Source of the DNA: a virus | Taxonomy: Duplodnaviria > Caudoviricetes | IMG/VR virus record: IMGVR_UViG_3300024265_000101 | Location: 1-44,343 of that record | DNA: 44,343 nucleotides | Direction: 5' to 3' (one strand) | In this document: piece after piece, positions 1-8,341 of the stretch | Layout: each line of letters opens with the position of its first letter | How positions within the stretch are numbered: position 1 is the stretch's first letter | The notes under the pieces: model-generated | The model's database searches: none | What the model was told of the DNA's origin: nothing | Seen by the model: the letters and a program-made list of their open reading frames with translations, nothing else | Translations under genes and position numbers: made by a program

Positions 1-126
1 GTACGGAGTGGCCCTCAGAAGCCATCCGCTGTGCGAGGGAGATTCCATCTCCTTGGGAACTTAAGAACAGAATTTTCACTATATTCTACTGAAGCGTATG
101 TATAAGTTCTGCTATTGAAGAACTAT
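1..126. repeat. Terminal overlap copy 1 (circular contig)
   Basis: 1-126 is identical to 44215-44340. Joining the ends places the TerL stop (86-88) 6 nt before the GTG start of the 43211..44293 ORF. Confidence 0.95.
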
Positions 127-1777
127 CATACAAGTCCTCGAAATCTGGTTCAATGGAGGCCGAAGCAGCGTGCGAGGAAATTGGAAATGAACTTTGGCGC
201 TCTCGAAGGGGAGTGAGGATTCCTTCCAAGGAGAAAGGATCATGTTGCTGGGTGAGGCCAGGCGATCCTTTCTTTTCGCCTAAGATCATCGCCGCAGGTC
301 CTCGCACGTGCTCGGCCATTGCAGAAGCGATAACTCTGTCATCGTGGCAACCATCCTGAGCTTCGAGCTTACCACCTTCTTTCTCAACAAACGAGTCCAG
401 TTCGTCTCTCAATAACATCGAATGGATGGTAAAATAACTAGCAAGTGCCATACGAAGGTTACCAATAAGATAAGGTTTGCTCCGAGAAGTAGTACGGAAA
501 CCGAGCTGAGCAAGACGATTAAACTCTTCACCTTTCTTTGCCGTTGTGGAGGATCTATGTATGAGGTATGAGGGATAACTCTCATTGAGCTTGGCCAGAG
601 TAAGAATACCATGATTGTTAGATTCCACTCCAATGTAGGCATTGTTGAACTGCTTCCCGAGCGTCGGAAGGACCTCACTACCGAACTTATCAGGTTCTAC
701 TTTGTTAGAAGCCCACTCAGCAACTTGTTCGCAGGAATCTATATCCATAACACACGCAACGGAATAGTCTGCGTCTCCGCCGAGACCACCAGAAACATCC
801 GCGCCTATTGCATAGCGGTGGCCTATCTTGGGTTCGTCCGCCAGCATCCAGAGAGAGTTGTCTATTCTAGTCCAAGCATCTGTGGGGAGATATCGAACTT
901 TATAGAATATACCAGCACCAGTTCCCTGGAAGCAGTCATCGAGAGTTAGTGGGTATTCTTGTTTGAATAAGCGCAAATCGAACTCTAGTTCCTCCAGCTT
1001 GTCCCGGCGCCAAGCAAGGCGTCCTGCATCGATACCTTCGATTTTAATAAGTTGATCTTCTTCAAGGTCTATATCCAAATGGGCTAGGAATTGTGCTTCT
1101 TCCTTGTTCGTTAGGTCATAGCGATATTCGTCGGTGAACAGCCAACCGAAGAAATGCACTCGATACTTGGAACGGCCTTTAATCGAATTCATCGTGCGCT
1201 GGTGATAGTAATTTCCTTTGCCGTTCCCAGTAGACTCGAGAGCAATCTCTCCTTGACGAGGAACTGCTTGAAGAAGTCCGGCCATGAGATCTCGAGCGTT
1301 TGGCCAGAAGGCAACTTCTGAACAGTGCAGGTGTGTTATAGTATCACCACGCCCAAAGGTCTTTGCACCAGCTGTTCCGATGTAGAACATGCTATTGGTC
1401 TTTGGGAAGGTAATCTCGTTCCGAGACATGTTCTTTATAACCGCGGAAGGTCCGCGGATGTTCTCGAGAAAATACCGCACCCGCATAAGGAGACGTTCGG
1501 TAGCGTTGGATTCATGAGAAATTACTACAGCGCGCACGTTGCGTTGAGCCAAGCAAGCAGCGGTATATCGACCAAGGAAATAGCTCGATACTCCTGGCTG
1601 ACGCATCTTAGGAATAATATCCCGCCCGGTGAGGTTTGCATCCAATGTAGCTTGGACTTCATTCAATGCGAAAGGAACATCCAAACCGGCTTTGTCCGGA
1701 ATAGAGAACATGGATTCAACTATAAGGCGTTCTTTAGTAGGCATGGGGGAAGAATCGTTTGACCAAATGTTGGTCAA
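86..1777 (-). CDS. terL: Terminase large subunit
   Basis: Walker A-like KMRQPGVSS, Walker B GRGDTITHLHCSEVAFW, motif III ESTGNG, and RNase H nuclease motifs IGADVSGG, VESNNHG, HDDRVIA. The start may instead be the ATG at 1744. Confidence 0.95.
   Translation of the reverse strand: MTNIWSNDSSPMPTKERLIVESMFSIPDKAGLDVPFALNEVQATLDANLTGRDIIPKMRQPGVSSYFLGRYTAACLAQRNVRAVVISHESNATERLLMRVRYFLENIRGPSAVIKNMSRNEITFPKTNSMFYIGTAGAKTFGRGDTITHLHCSEVAFWPNARDLMAGLLQAVPRQGEIALESTGNGKGNYYHQRTMNSIKGRSKYRVHFFGWLFTDEYRYDLTNKEEAQFLAHLDIDLEEDQLIKIEGIDAGRLAWRRDKLEELEFDLRLFKQEYPLTLDDCFQGTGAGIFYKVRYLPTDAWTRIDNSLWMLADEPKIGHRYAIGADVSGGLGGDADYSVACVMDIDSCEQVAEWASNKVEPDKFGSEVLPTLGKQFNNAYIGVESNNHGILTLAKLNESYPSYLIHRSSTTAKKGEEFNRLAQLGFRTTSRSKPYLIGNLRMALASYFTIHSMLLRDELDSFVEKEGGKLEAQDGCHDDRVIASAMAEHVRGPAAMILGEKKGSPGLTQQHDPFSLEGILTPLRERQSSFPISSHAASASIEPDFEDLYDSSSIAELIHTLQ
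1759..1777. promoter_or_regulatory. Dispersed palindrome copy 1 (TTGACCAA-ATG-TTGGTCAA)
   Basis: Perfect 8-3-8 inverted repeat at the 5' end of terL. Confidence 0.85.
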
Positions 1778-1786
1778 TAGGATGAA

Positions 1787-1993
1787 TTAGGTATGCCTTC
1801 TGCGGAGGTTGCATTGGAAAGGATACCATTTTGCTGATACTATTACAACTTCTCCGAAATTAAATGCGGCGTAGGTATTTCCCACCATATGTCTCCAGCG
1901 TTCAGGCTTACCAGCAAGAGGAACTATTGTTCGCAAATACGGGCGGCCAGCACCTGAAACAGAAGCGCGCTTTATAGCATTGTCAAGTGCCAT
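1787..1993 (-). CDS. Small adaptor-like protein P3
   Basis: N-terminus MALDNAIKRA..RP..R....WR...GN.Y is paralogous to 3129..3368. TAATG coupling with the upstream gene. Confidence 0.75.
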   Translation of the reverse strand: MALDNAIKRASVSGAGRPYLRTIVPLAGKPERWRHMVGNTYAAFNFGEVVIVSAKWYPFQCNLRRRHT

Positions 1994-3132
1994 TACGGAC
2001 CGGTCTCCATTTCAACTTCGCTGTAATCACTTCCGTCATCTGTGAGTTGTTTCTTTGCAATGACAGTCCCAGCATTGTTGTAGATATTTAAGACGTCTGG
2101 TGCCCCAGAAGTGTTTACGTCCAGACGATTTCGCAGAGCCATATAGAGAAGCATAAGGCCAGTTCTTAATGTGGGGGTTGCTGACGGCGCCGCCTGAGCG
2201 AGTTCAGCGATAGCAGTATCTAGCGCAGCATTCACTTGAGTGAGAACTTCCGCAGGAGTAGCATTCGCAGCTACATCAGTTGGGAGATTCGCAGCATCGA
2301 GTTCAGCAAGCCGAGGTTCTGTGCAGACAGAGGCGAGCGCGGCAGAATCCGTCCCTCGCATATCAGTATTGGTCGTTACAGTATCAACCGCGCCACCAGT
2401 TGTGGCAATACTAGCCTCGGCCATTCTTGCATCAAGGATGTTGTCCAACCGCCCGCCATTAATCCAATCAGTTAGCGTCGCCATTCGTACGGCGGTTATC
2501 TCGTCTTTTATGAGCTTACCAATAGAACTCGCAGTAACGATTGCTGCTAACGCTTGATGCCAGATAGCAAGGATTCCTGGCGTAGAGAGGGAGAATCCTG
2601 CTTTGTCCGTTAGCGCACTATCGGTACCACGCATATCGGTGTTCGTTGTCGTCGTCGCTACGGTTGTAACATTAGCAACAGCATCCGCCACAGGATCGAA
2701 GTAGGAAGCGGCGACAAGAGTCCGAGCGTTGAATTCGGCAACAGTCGGAATATCAAGAGCAAGTGTTCTTAACGCGCCAAGTCCGTCCGTAGCATTTGCT
2801 AGATCCTTCGCAGCGGCGCTTTTGTCTAGAGTAAAATGCGCTACCATTTCGCCAATGACCGAAACGCCGCCAACAGTTCCAGCAGTGAGAATAGCTGAGT
2901 AGCTTTGCCCTGCACCGAAGCCGTTTGCTGCCGTTGCAACAACCTTAAGCATATTAAACCCAGCGATGCTGTCTGGAGTCGATAACGTCTCAGCAACAGT
3001 AATTTGTGTTACTGAATCATCTTCGTATATCTCAACTACACCACCGCTTAATACCGTTGGAACACCATCGGAGAATTGCCTGGTGGTAAACGGGAAGTAT
3101 AAAGTATCTTCCAATTGATAGTCGCCACTCAT
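1993..3132 (-). CDS. Putative virion appendage/fibre protein A2 (paralog of 3368..4228)
   Basis: Ala/Thr-rich. N-terminal beta domain (DY.LE.T....FTTR.F..G.P..LS) and C-terminal domain (VLTQVNAALDTAI..TPTLRTGLMLLYMALRN..LTDDGSDY) are shared with the paralog. TTNTDMRGTDSA occurs twice internally. Confidence 0.7.
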   Translation of the reverse strand: MSGDYQLEDTLYFPFTTRQFSDGVPTVLSGGVVEIYEDDSVTQITVAETLSTPDSIAGFNMLKVVATAANGFGAGQSYSAILTAGTVGGVSVIGEMVAHFTLDKSAAAKDLANATDGLGALRTLALDIPTVAEFNARTLVAASYFDPVADAVANVTTVATTTTNTDMRGTDSALTDKAGFSLSTPGILAIWHQALAAIVTASSIGKLIKDEITAVRMATLTDWINGGRLDNILDARMAEASIATTGGAVDTVTTNTDMRGTDSAALASVCTEPRLAELDAANLPTDVAANATPAEVLTQVNAALDTAIAELAQAAPSATPTLRTGLMLLYMALRNRLDVNTSGAPDVLNIYNNAGTVIAKKQLTDDGSDYSEVEMETGP

Positions 3133-3368
3133 CCGGCGAGTCCTCCACCAGTACCAGCCAAGCCTCCAAGTCCAACAAGACCGCCAGCATTGACAAGACT
3201 ACTCATAATCCGACCAGTAACGGCAGGAGCGAGGGCATTACCTCCGTATGCGTTACCACTGGAGATACGCCATTCTTCATCTGAGGCCGCCCTAGGAAAC
3301 TTATCGCGCATCCAAGGTCTAGCAACACCAAGGACGGCAGCACGTTTCTCTTTATTATCAATAGCCAT
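3129..3368 (-). CDS. Small adaptor-like protein P2
   Basis: N-module resembles P3; C-module RIMSSL...GGLVG.GG.AG..GGLAG resembles P1. Translationally coupled on both sides. Confidence 0.8.
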   Translation of the reverse strand: MAIDNKEKRAAVLGVARPWMRDKFPRAASDEEWRISSGNAYGGNALAPAVTGRIMSSLVNAGGLVGLGGLAGTGGGLAG

Positions 3369-4228
3369 TAAGCCATCTCTGCTTCAGTGTAATCCGATCC
3401 GTCGTCTGTTAGGAGCTTGGCAGCAATTTTTGTTCCGGCATCATTATGGATTTCGAGAGCGTCCGTCCCTGAGGTTTGTACAATCGTCTTATTCCGAAGC
3501 GCCATGTAGAGCAGCATCAACCCTGTGCGCAAGGTCGGAGTTGCCGTTGGTGCTGCGACGCCGAGTTCTGAAATGGCAGTATCTAGCGCCGCGTTCACTT
3601 GCGTGAGAACATCAGAAGTTGCAATGTCATTCAACGCGGCAATCAAGCCCGGAACGTCATCTACTTGCAACTCGTTCGTATCTGCTACGATAAGCGCGGT
3701 CTCAGCCTTTACCGCATCAATCAGCGTTTTGAGTGCTCCTAATCCGTCTGTGGCATTGGATAGATCAGTATTAACTGTGTCGATTAAAGTCTTGAGTGCG
3801 CCGAGACCGTCCGTACCATTGGACAAATCTGTGTTAACTGTGTCAATAAGAGTTTTCAACGCTCCCAGACCGTCAGTGGCGTTAGCCAAATCGACTGCGG
3901 CTGTGGAACGTCCAATAGAGAAACTACCGACAACCTCCCCTACGACTGAAACGCTATCTACGGTGCCTGCTTCGATTACTACGTGGTAGCTAGCTCCTGC
4001 ATTGAATCCATTACCAGTCGTCGCAACAATAGGTACCATGTTAAGTCCGACAATGCTGTTGAGGTCTTCCGTTACAGCAACCGCGGTCATGATTGGAGTC
4101 GCAGTGCCATCCTCGTAAACAGCAACAGTCGCCGCAGACAACGTACCGGGGATGCCTGTAGCGAACGCACGAGTAGTAAAGAGTAAGTGAACTGTCTCTT
4201 CTAATGGATAATCAATTCCTGAACTCAT
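3368..4228 (-). CDS. Putative virion appendage/fibre protein A1 with 21-aa coiled-coil repeats
   Basis: Paralog of 1993..3132. Central DL.N.TDGLGALKTLIDTVNT repeated three times. Confidence 0.7.
   Translation of the reverse strand: MSSGIDYPLEETVHLLFTTRAFATGIPGTLSAATVAVYEDGTATPIMTAVAVTEDLNSIVGLNMVPIVATTGNGFNAGASYHVVIEAGTVDSVSVVGEVVGSFSIGRSTAAVDLANATDGLGALKTLIDTVNTDLSNGTDGLGALKTLIDTVNTDLSNATDGLGALKTLIDAVKAETALIVADTNELQVDDVPGLIAALNDIATSDVLTQVNAALDTAISELGVAAPTATPTLRTGLMLLYMALRNKTIVQTSGTDALEIHNDAGTKIAAKLLTDDGSDYTEAEMA
3716..3892 (-). repeat. Coding 63-bp tandem repeat (about 3 units, synonymously diverged)
   Basis: Encodes DLANATDGLGALKTLIDTVNT / DLSNGTDGLGALKTLIDTVNT / DLSNATDGLGALKTLID. Confidence 0.85.
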
Positions 4229-4431
4229 CCCGCTAATCCTCCAGAGACACCAGCTATTCCACCTTTACCAACCAGTCCGCCATGTCTTGCTAGACTTGAC
4301 ATGACACGGCCACCAGCAGGAGCTGCCCCTACAGGCTCTACAGCGCCCTTCCATCGCTCAAAGGCATTACCTGAAGGACTCGTCTCGGCCGGCTCGACAG
4401 CGCCCTTCCAGCGTTTATAGGTATTTGCCAT
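4225..4431 (-). CDS. Small adaptor-like protein P1
   Basis: RWKGAVEP twice, then a Gly-rich C-module RVMSSL..GGLVGKGGIAGVSGGLAG shared with P2. Confidence 0.8.
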   Translation of the reverse strand: MANTYKRWKGAVEPAETSPSGNAFERWKGAVEPVGAAPAGGRVMSSLARHGGLVGKGGIAGVSGGLAG

Positions 4432-5717
4432 TATTGCCCCATGCCGAATTCACTCGGGAGTGAGCCTTCTTTGACATTCCCGCCTGCAACTGGATTAAAA
4501 TCACCGTTGGCAGCGTCGGTGAAAGCACTCGCTGAAAGAACTTCGTTGTCGCTCAAACCGAAGATTGTCTTGTCTTGGGGGTTGTCATAGTTTGTTGCGT
4601 TGTTAAATGCGGCGTTGCCGTCAAACCAAGTTAATCTCCCCCCTGTTACACCGAAATTAAACCCTTCTCCTCCTGTACCGCTAAACCCCTCTACAATATT
4701 GTTTGCGACTGTAATGCCAGTTCGCTCTCCGGTGACTTGAATTCCTTGTCCTGTTCCGGCGTTCGACCAGACAGAGTTGTTAACGCAACAGGCACCATCC
4801 AGCAAAGAGATTCCATCACTGGCACCGTCGATCTTAATAATGTTATTCGCAATAAACATGGGTACTGTGGATACACCCACAATAGCTGCAATGAAATCAT
4901 TCACTCCATTCTCAAAGAAATTATGGCGAATTGATCCACTATTACATTGGACGCCTACGCTTCCACAATTATGTATATAGCTATTATTAAGGATAAAATT
5001 GCTATCAGCATCGATTCCTAGGCTCGTCGTATTGTCTAGTTCGCAATTAATAACTGCGCAATGATTATCAAATCCAAAGATTCTGTTGGAGCCTGTGTTG
5101 TGACAATGTAAGTCGATAAACGAAACGTAATCGAATGTGGCGTCGTTATAGACTGAAACCGAACCGCCGCCAGAAAGTCCACCGATACCGCCATCATCTA
5201 TCTTCGTGGTATATCCACGAAAGACACAAGGCGCGGCTTCAGTCGGTGCCCACGCAGCAGTCGTGCCAGTGTTTGCCATTGCAACAGACAGCTCCGCCGC
5301 CAGCACTTCATCCGTACCGGCTTTGATGTTGACCTGCGTGCCATTGGTTGTGTCAAAGGTCGTCTGCTCTACAGCATACTCAACGTCACCGAAAGGCGAT
5401 CCAGAATCTACATCTGACGTTGAGTCTGCGGTCAAGCCCGCATCTGCTGCAAGCAGAATGGCATCATCATCTACTCTACTAGCAACCTCATAGAGTCCAT
5501 CAGCAACACCACCGACAGCGTTTTGTAGGAAAAAGAGATCGCCCGCAGTGAATGTGTAGCTGGCGAATGCAGCAGTTAACGAAAGATGACGTTCGCCCTC
5601 ACCATTTCCGGTATGGTCATAACTCGCATTAACGAAAGTTATATTGAGCGGCTGATTCCCTTCGCCACTATCCGCCGCGATAGCCGGATCGACATAGATG
5701 TGACTGAACGCGCCCAT
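4431..5717 (-). CDS. Right-handed parallel beta-helix protein (tailspike/depolymerase-like receptor-binding protein)
   Basis: N-terminal IYVDP motif, repeated Asn-ladder strands (INCELDN, LNNSYIHN, IANNII, VNNSVWSN, VANNIVEG), C-terminal FTDAANGDF. Confidence 0.75.
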   Translation of the reverse strand: MGAFSHIYVDPAIAADSGEGNQPLNITFVNASYDHTGNGEGERHLSLTAAFASYTFTAGDLFFLQNAVGGVADGLYEVASRVDDDAILLAADAGLTADSTSDVDSGSPFGDVEYAVEQTTFDTTNGTQVNIKAGTDEVLAAELSVAMANTGTTAAWAPTEAAPCVFRGYTTKIDDGGIGGLSGGGSVSVYNDATFDYVSFIDLHCHNTGSNRIFGFDNHCAVINCELDNTTSLGIDADSNFILNNSYIHNCGSVGVQCNSGSIRHNFFENGVNDFIAAIVGVSTVPMFIANNIIKIDGASDGISLLDGACCVNNSVWSNAGTGQGIQVTGERTGITVANNIVEGFSGTGGEGFNFGVTGGRLTWFDGNAAFNNATNYDNPQDKTIFGLSDNEVLSASAFTDAANGDFNPVAGGNVKEGSLPSEFGMGQ

Positions 5718-5723
5718 GAGTGT

Positions 5724-6059
5724 CTAGATGATATTGCCTGGACCGGCCAGCTTGACATACAATTCGCGTGCGCTGTCTGTGTTGTACGTCGCAAGCAAAT
5801 TGACAAGTTGTGTTGCGACGAGCGTTGTCAGTTCTTCTTTCGTCACGTTGGCGGCCCCGGCAAGCCCTGAGAGATTTGGGATTATCTCGCCTACATCAAG
5901 AGACGCGACAATCGCCGAGACCTGAGCATTCCAGTCATCCACCAATACAGTTGCCTTCGTGTTCGTTTTTGCAAACTCGCCAGCAAAAGCGCGAAGTTGA
6001 GTCGTCAAAGCGCCGAGAATGTCTTTCTGCTCTGCGGTTAATGAAGCATAGGTTGCCAT
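5724..6059 (-). CDS. Hypothetical alpha-helical protein (possible chaperone/partner of the beta-helix protein)
   Basis: AAGGA RBS, tight packing in the operon. Confidence 0.65.
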   Translation of the reverse strand: MATYASLTAEQKDILGALTTQLRAFAGEFAKTNTKATVLVDDWNAQVSAIVASLDVGEIIPNLSGLAGAANVTKEELTTLVATQLVNLLATYNTDSARELYVKLAGPGNII

Positions 6060-6087
6060 TTCATTACTTTCCTTAAAGCATCATGTT

Positions 6088-6813
6088 TTAGAAACTTTCC
6101 ATCCCGTCGTAACCGAGAATCTGAAAATGCGCCTCGTAATTCTCCGCCGGTGGATTGGCGCCCGTATACATCCCAAAGTGCCACTCAGCCGGTGTTTCAC
6201 GATTCAGCGTGCCGGTCCAGGCGTAGATGACGATCCACTCACCGAGAACGAATTGTTTCAGCCGTACCCACGAATTAACGCCGTCTGCAATACCCTGAAG
6301 TTTGAACTGCACCCACTCGTCATAGTTGATAGGGCCGAAAGTATGCTCATCGATAACCGTTTCCGAAGAGAGTCGCGATGGCGGCACGCAAGCATCTTCA
6401 GCGCCGACATCAACATCGGAAACACTTATAACGTAATAGCCGTCTCTTTCCCTCAACCGAATATGCACCCAACACATTGGACTGAATTGCGTCAGCGAAA
6501 TCCCTTGCGTCGTAGGATCGTGCGACATCAACATGATCCGGAATTTCATGCTGTAAGAAGTAGCTACGATATCCTCTAAACGAGAATTCACTTCCGACCG
6601 AAATCTTGGACCGGGCATACTCGTCATAAGGCGCATACGATAGGCTTGTCGCGTTTCGTCTTCCGGATCAGCGACGATAGAGATATTGCCGCCCGTGCCT
6701 TTCTTACTCCAGTCGTCGAGAATGTCATCCACTTGGACAGCAAACGTAACAGACATGCAAGCAGAAATAGAAAATATGGAGAACATAATTAGAGAATTTA
6801 CAAAATATTTCAT
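6088..6813 (-). CDS. Exported polysaccharide lyase-like / ConA-like beta-jelly-roll protein
   Basis: Hydrophobic N-terminal signal with a possible lipobox ISA-C. R.E (RFRSEV), QF, W..F, and HFGMY resembling the K/YFG.Y motif of jelly-roll lyases. Confidence 0.5.
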   Translation of the reverse strand: MKYFVNSLIMFSIFSISACMSVTFAVQVDDILDDWSKKGTGGNISIVADPEDETRQAYRMRLMTSMPGPRFRSEVNSRLEDIVATSYSMKFRIMLMSHDPTTQGISLTQFSPMCWVHIRLRERDGYYVISVSDVDVGAEDACVPPSRLSSETVIDEHTFGPINYDEWVQFKLQGIADGVNSWVRLKQFVLGEWIVIYAWTGTLNRETPAEWHFGMYTGANPPAENYEAHFQILGYDGMESF

Positions 6814-6832
6814 ATTTTCTCTCTCGATCGTA

Positions 6833-7099
6833 TTAATCTTCTGAGATGGGATGATTCGGAGGATATTGAGGCTTAGTTTTTTCTAGTTGCTTCGTATTAG
6901 CTTTGAGAAGGTCTTTTCCTTCCTTAAACCTCTCACCCTTCGTTGTTCGTCCTAATGTTCCTTTAGAGAATCTCCCCCCGGGAAGAAGGACATAAATCCT
7001 TCCTCTAGCATTCACCCGAAGGACTTGGCACTTCTTACAATATTGACATTGAACGCGTTGTAAGCAATTGCCAGAAGTGCGCTTTCTTATCGTTATCAT
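6833..7099 (-). CDS. Small basic Cys-containing hypothetical protein
   Basis: CQYCKKC, K/R-rich; fills the gap between neighbouring genes. Confidence 0.45.
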   Translation of the reverse strand: MITIRKRTSGNCLQRVQCQYCKKCQVLRVNARGRIYVLLPGGRFSKGTLGRTTKGERFKEGKDLLKANTKQLEKTKPQYPPNHPISED

Positions 7100-7102
7100 A
7101 TT

Positions 7103-7456
7103 TCACGGATTAGGTCCTTCCAGACGGCGCAATTCTTGAAGGATTTCTGAAGTCTCCCTTGCGCTTTGTATTCGAATTTCCTTTTGAGTATCTCGAATCT
7201 CCCGTTGAGTATTTTGCATTGCTCCGATCTGAACTTGAATCGTCTGCAACTTTGCATCAATTTCAGTACGCGGTACGAATATCTGTGGAATGGTAGATAA
7301 AGCGGTTCCGTTATCTTCTATCTCTCTAGCATTCGCGTCGATGCGATAAGTAGATACGAATATAGAACCTATAGCAAGAATGGTAGGAACTGCAAAAATC
7401 ATGAGAATGGAAAGATTAGGAAGTTTTCCATTCAATGTTTGCTGCAGGCCCGGCAT
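7103..7456 (-). CDS. Membrane-anchored coiled-coil protein (lysis-associated; i-spanin-like topology)
   Basis: One N-terminal TM segment followed by a heptad-rich region with FVPRTE. Confidence 0.55.
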   Translation of the reverse strand: MPGLQQTLNGKLPNLSILMIFAVPTILAIGSIFVSTYRIDANAREIEDNGTALSTIPQIFVPRTEIDAKLQTIQVQIGAMQNTQREIRDTQKEIRIQSARETSEILQELRRLEGPNP

Positions 7457-7468
7457 ACTAGTTGCCTA

Positions 7469-7726
7469 TTAGTTGCCGGCTAAGGCTTCTTGCGCACGCT
7501 TACGAACGGTATCAATATCACCTTGAATCTGCCCAGCTAGGAGATCGATGTCTCCTTGCGCTGGCTCCGTCCCAGCAGCAATCATCGCTTCTATCCGTGC
7601 AGCGTGCGCACGCAAGGCAGGCAATCGACTTGTTTGATTAAGTTCAACTGCGGTAGCAATACCAGAGACAACTTTCGTAAGGAGACTTACAAGTTGCAAC
7701 GTTCCAGCAACTGTCATAGCAATCAT
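7469..7726 (-). CDS. Small helical protein coupled to the lipoprotein
   Basis: ATGA overlap, GGAG RBS, amphipathic N-terminus. Confidence 0.6.
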   Translation of the reverse strand: MIAMTVAGTLQLVSLLTKVVSGIATAVELNQTSRLPALRAHAARIEAMIAAGTEPAQGDIDLLAGQIQGDIDTVRKRAQEALAGN

Positions 7727-8118
7727 GATACTGCTCCTTTTGCAAGGGCTCGAGCAAGCTCAGCCTGAAGTTGCAATAGCAACGTCGTCCCAAGGGAAAG
7801 ATAGGTAGTAAGTTCGTTCGCGTTGTTTGTAACACGAAGGATCTCTACAGTCGGAGCAAGACGAGAGAGAACCTCGTCAAGGGCAATAACAACTTTTCGT
7901 TCAGCACAACGTACGACGACCGTTGCAGAACAGAAGTCTCGTATCGAGTATGCACTTGCAACCGCAGTCCAGGTTTGGATATCTGCGAGGAGAATATATC
8001 GCTCGTGCGCAGGCGTAAGTTGTGCTTTTGTCGCGTCGGAGAGTTCTCCTTTAATGCCGATCTTATCGCTACAGCCGACGAGGAAGAGAAGAATTACAAA
8101 GAGGAAGAGCCCTCTCAT
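7723..8118 (-). CDS. Lipoprotein (lysis module; o-spanin candidate)
   Basis: MRGLFLFVILLFLVG-C lipobox; ATGA overlap with the holin stop. Confidence 0.7.
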   Translation of the reverse strand: MRGLFLFVILLFLVGCSDKIGIKGELSDATKAQLTPAHERYILLADIQTWTAVASAYSIRDFCSATVVVRCAERKVVIALDEVLSRLAPTVEILRVTNNANELTTYLSLGTTLLLQLQAELARALAKGAVS

Positions 8119-8291
8119 GACTTATTAGGAACAAGATACGTCAGCAATGCACTTATTCCAGCCGCTGCGAGAGTTGTAAGAACAGCCACAAGAGAGAGGC
8201 CCTGTTCTTCGGTAAGGGCACCGCTGCCTACGAGGTACGCAACACCAGTTGTGAGAAAGGCAGTTACCATTTTATCTACAGAAGTAAACAT
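8115..8291 (-). CDS. Holin, 58 aa (below the ORF-track cutoff)
   Basis: MFTSVDKMVTAFLTTGVAYLVGSGALTEEQGLSLVAVLTTLAAAGISALLTYLVPNKS: two TM segments and the C-terminal Y.VPNK typical of small holins. GAGG RBS. Confidence 0.75.
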   Translation of the reverse strand: MFTSVDKMVTAFLTTGVAYLVGSGALTEEQGLSLVAVLTTLAAAGISALLTYLVPNKS

Positions 8292-8341
8292 AAGTCTAGT
8301 CCTCTTGTAATGGTGGCAGCCATTAACGAGTTAAGTAGAAA

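Noticed and set aside
1993-4228. Paralogous fibre genes as a diversity-generating retroelement or invertible cassette
   Set aside because: No reverse transcriptase or invertase. The copies are same-strand with general synonymous divergence, not adenine-specific changes.
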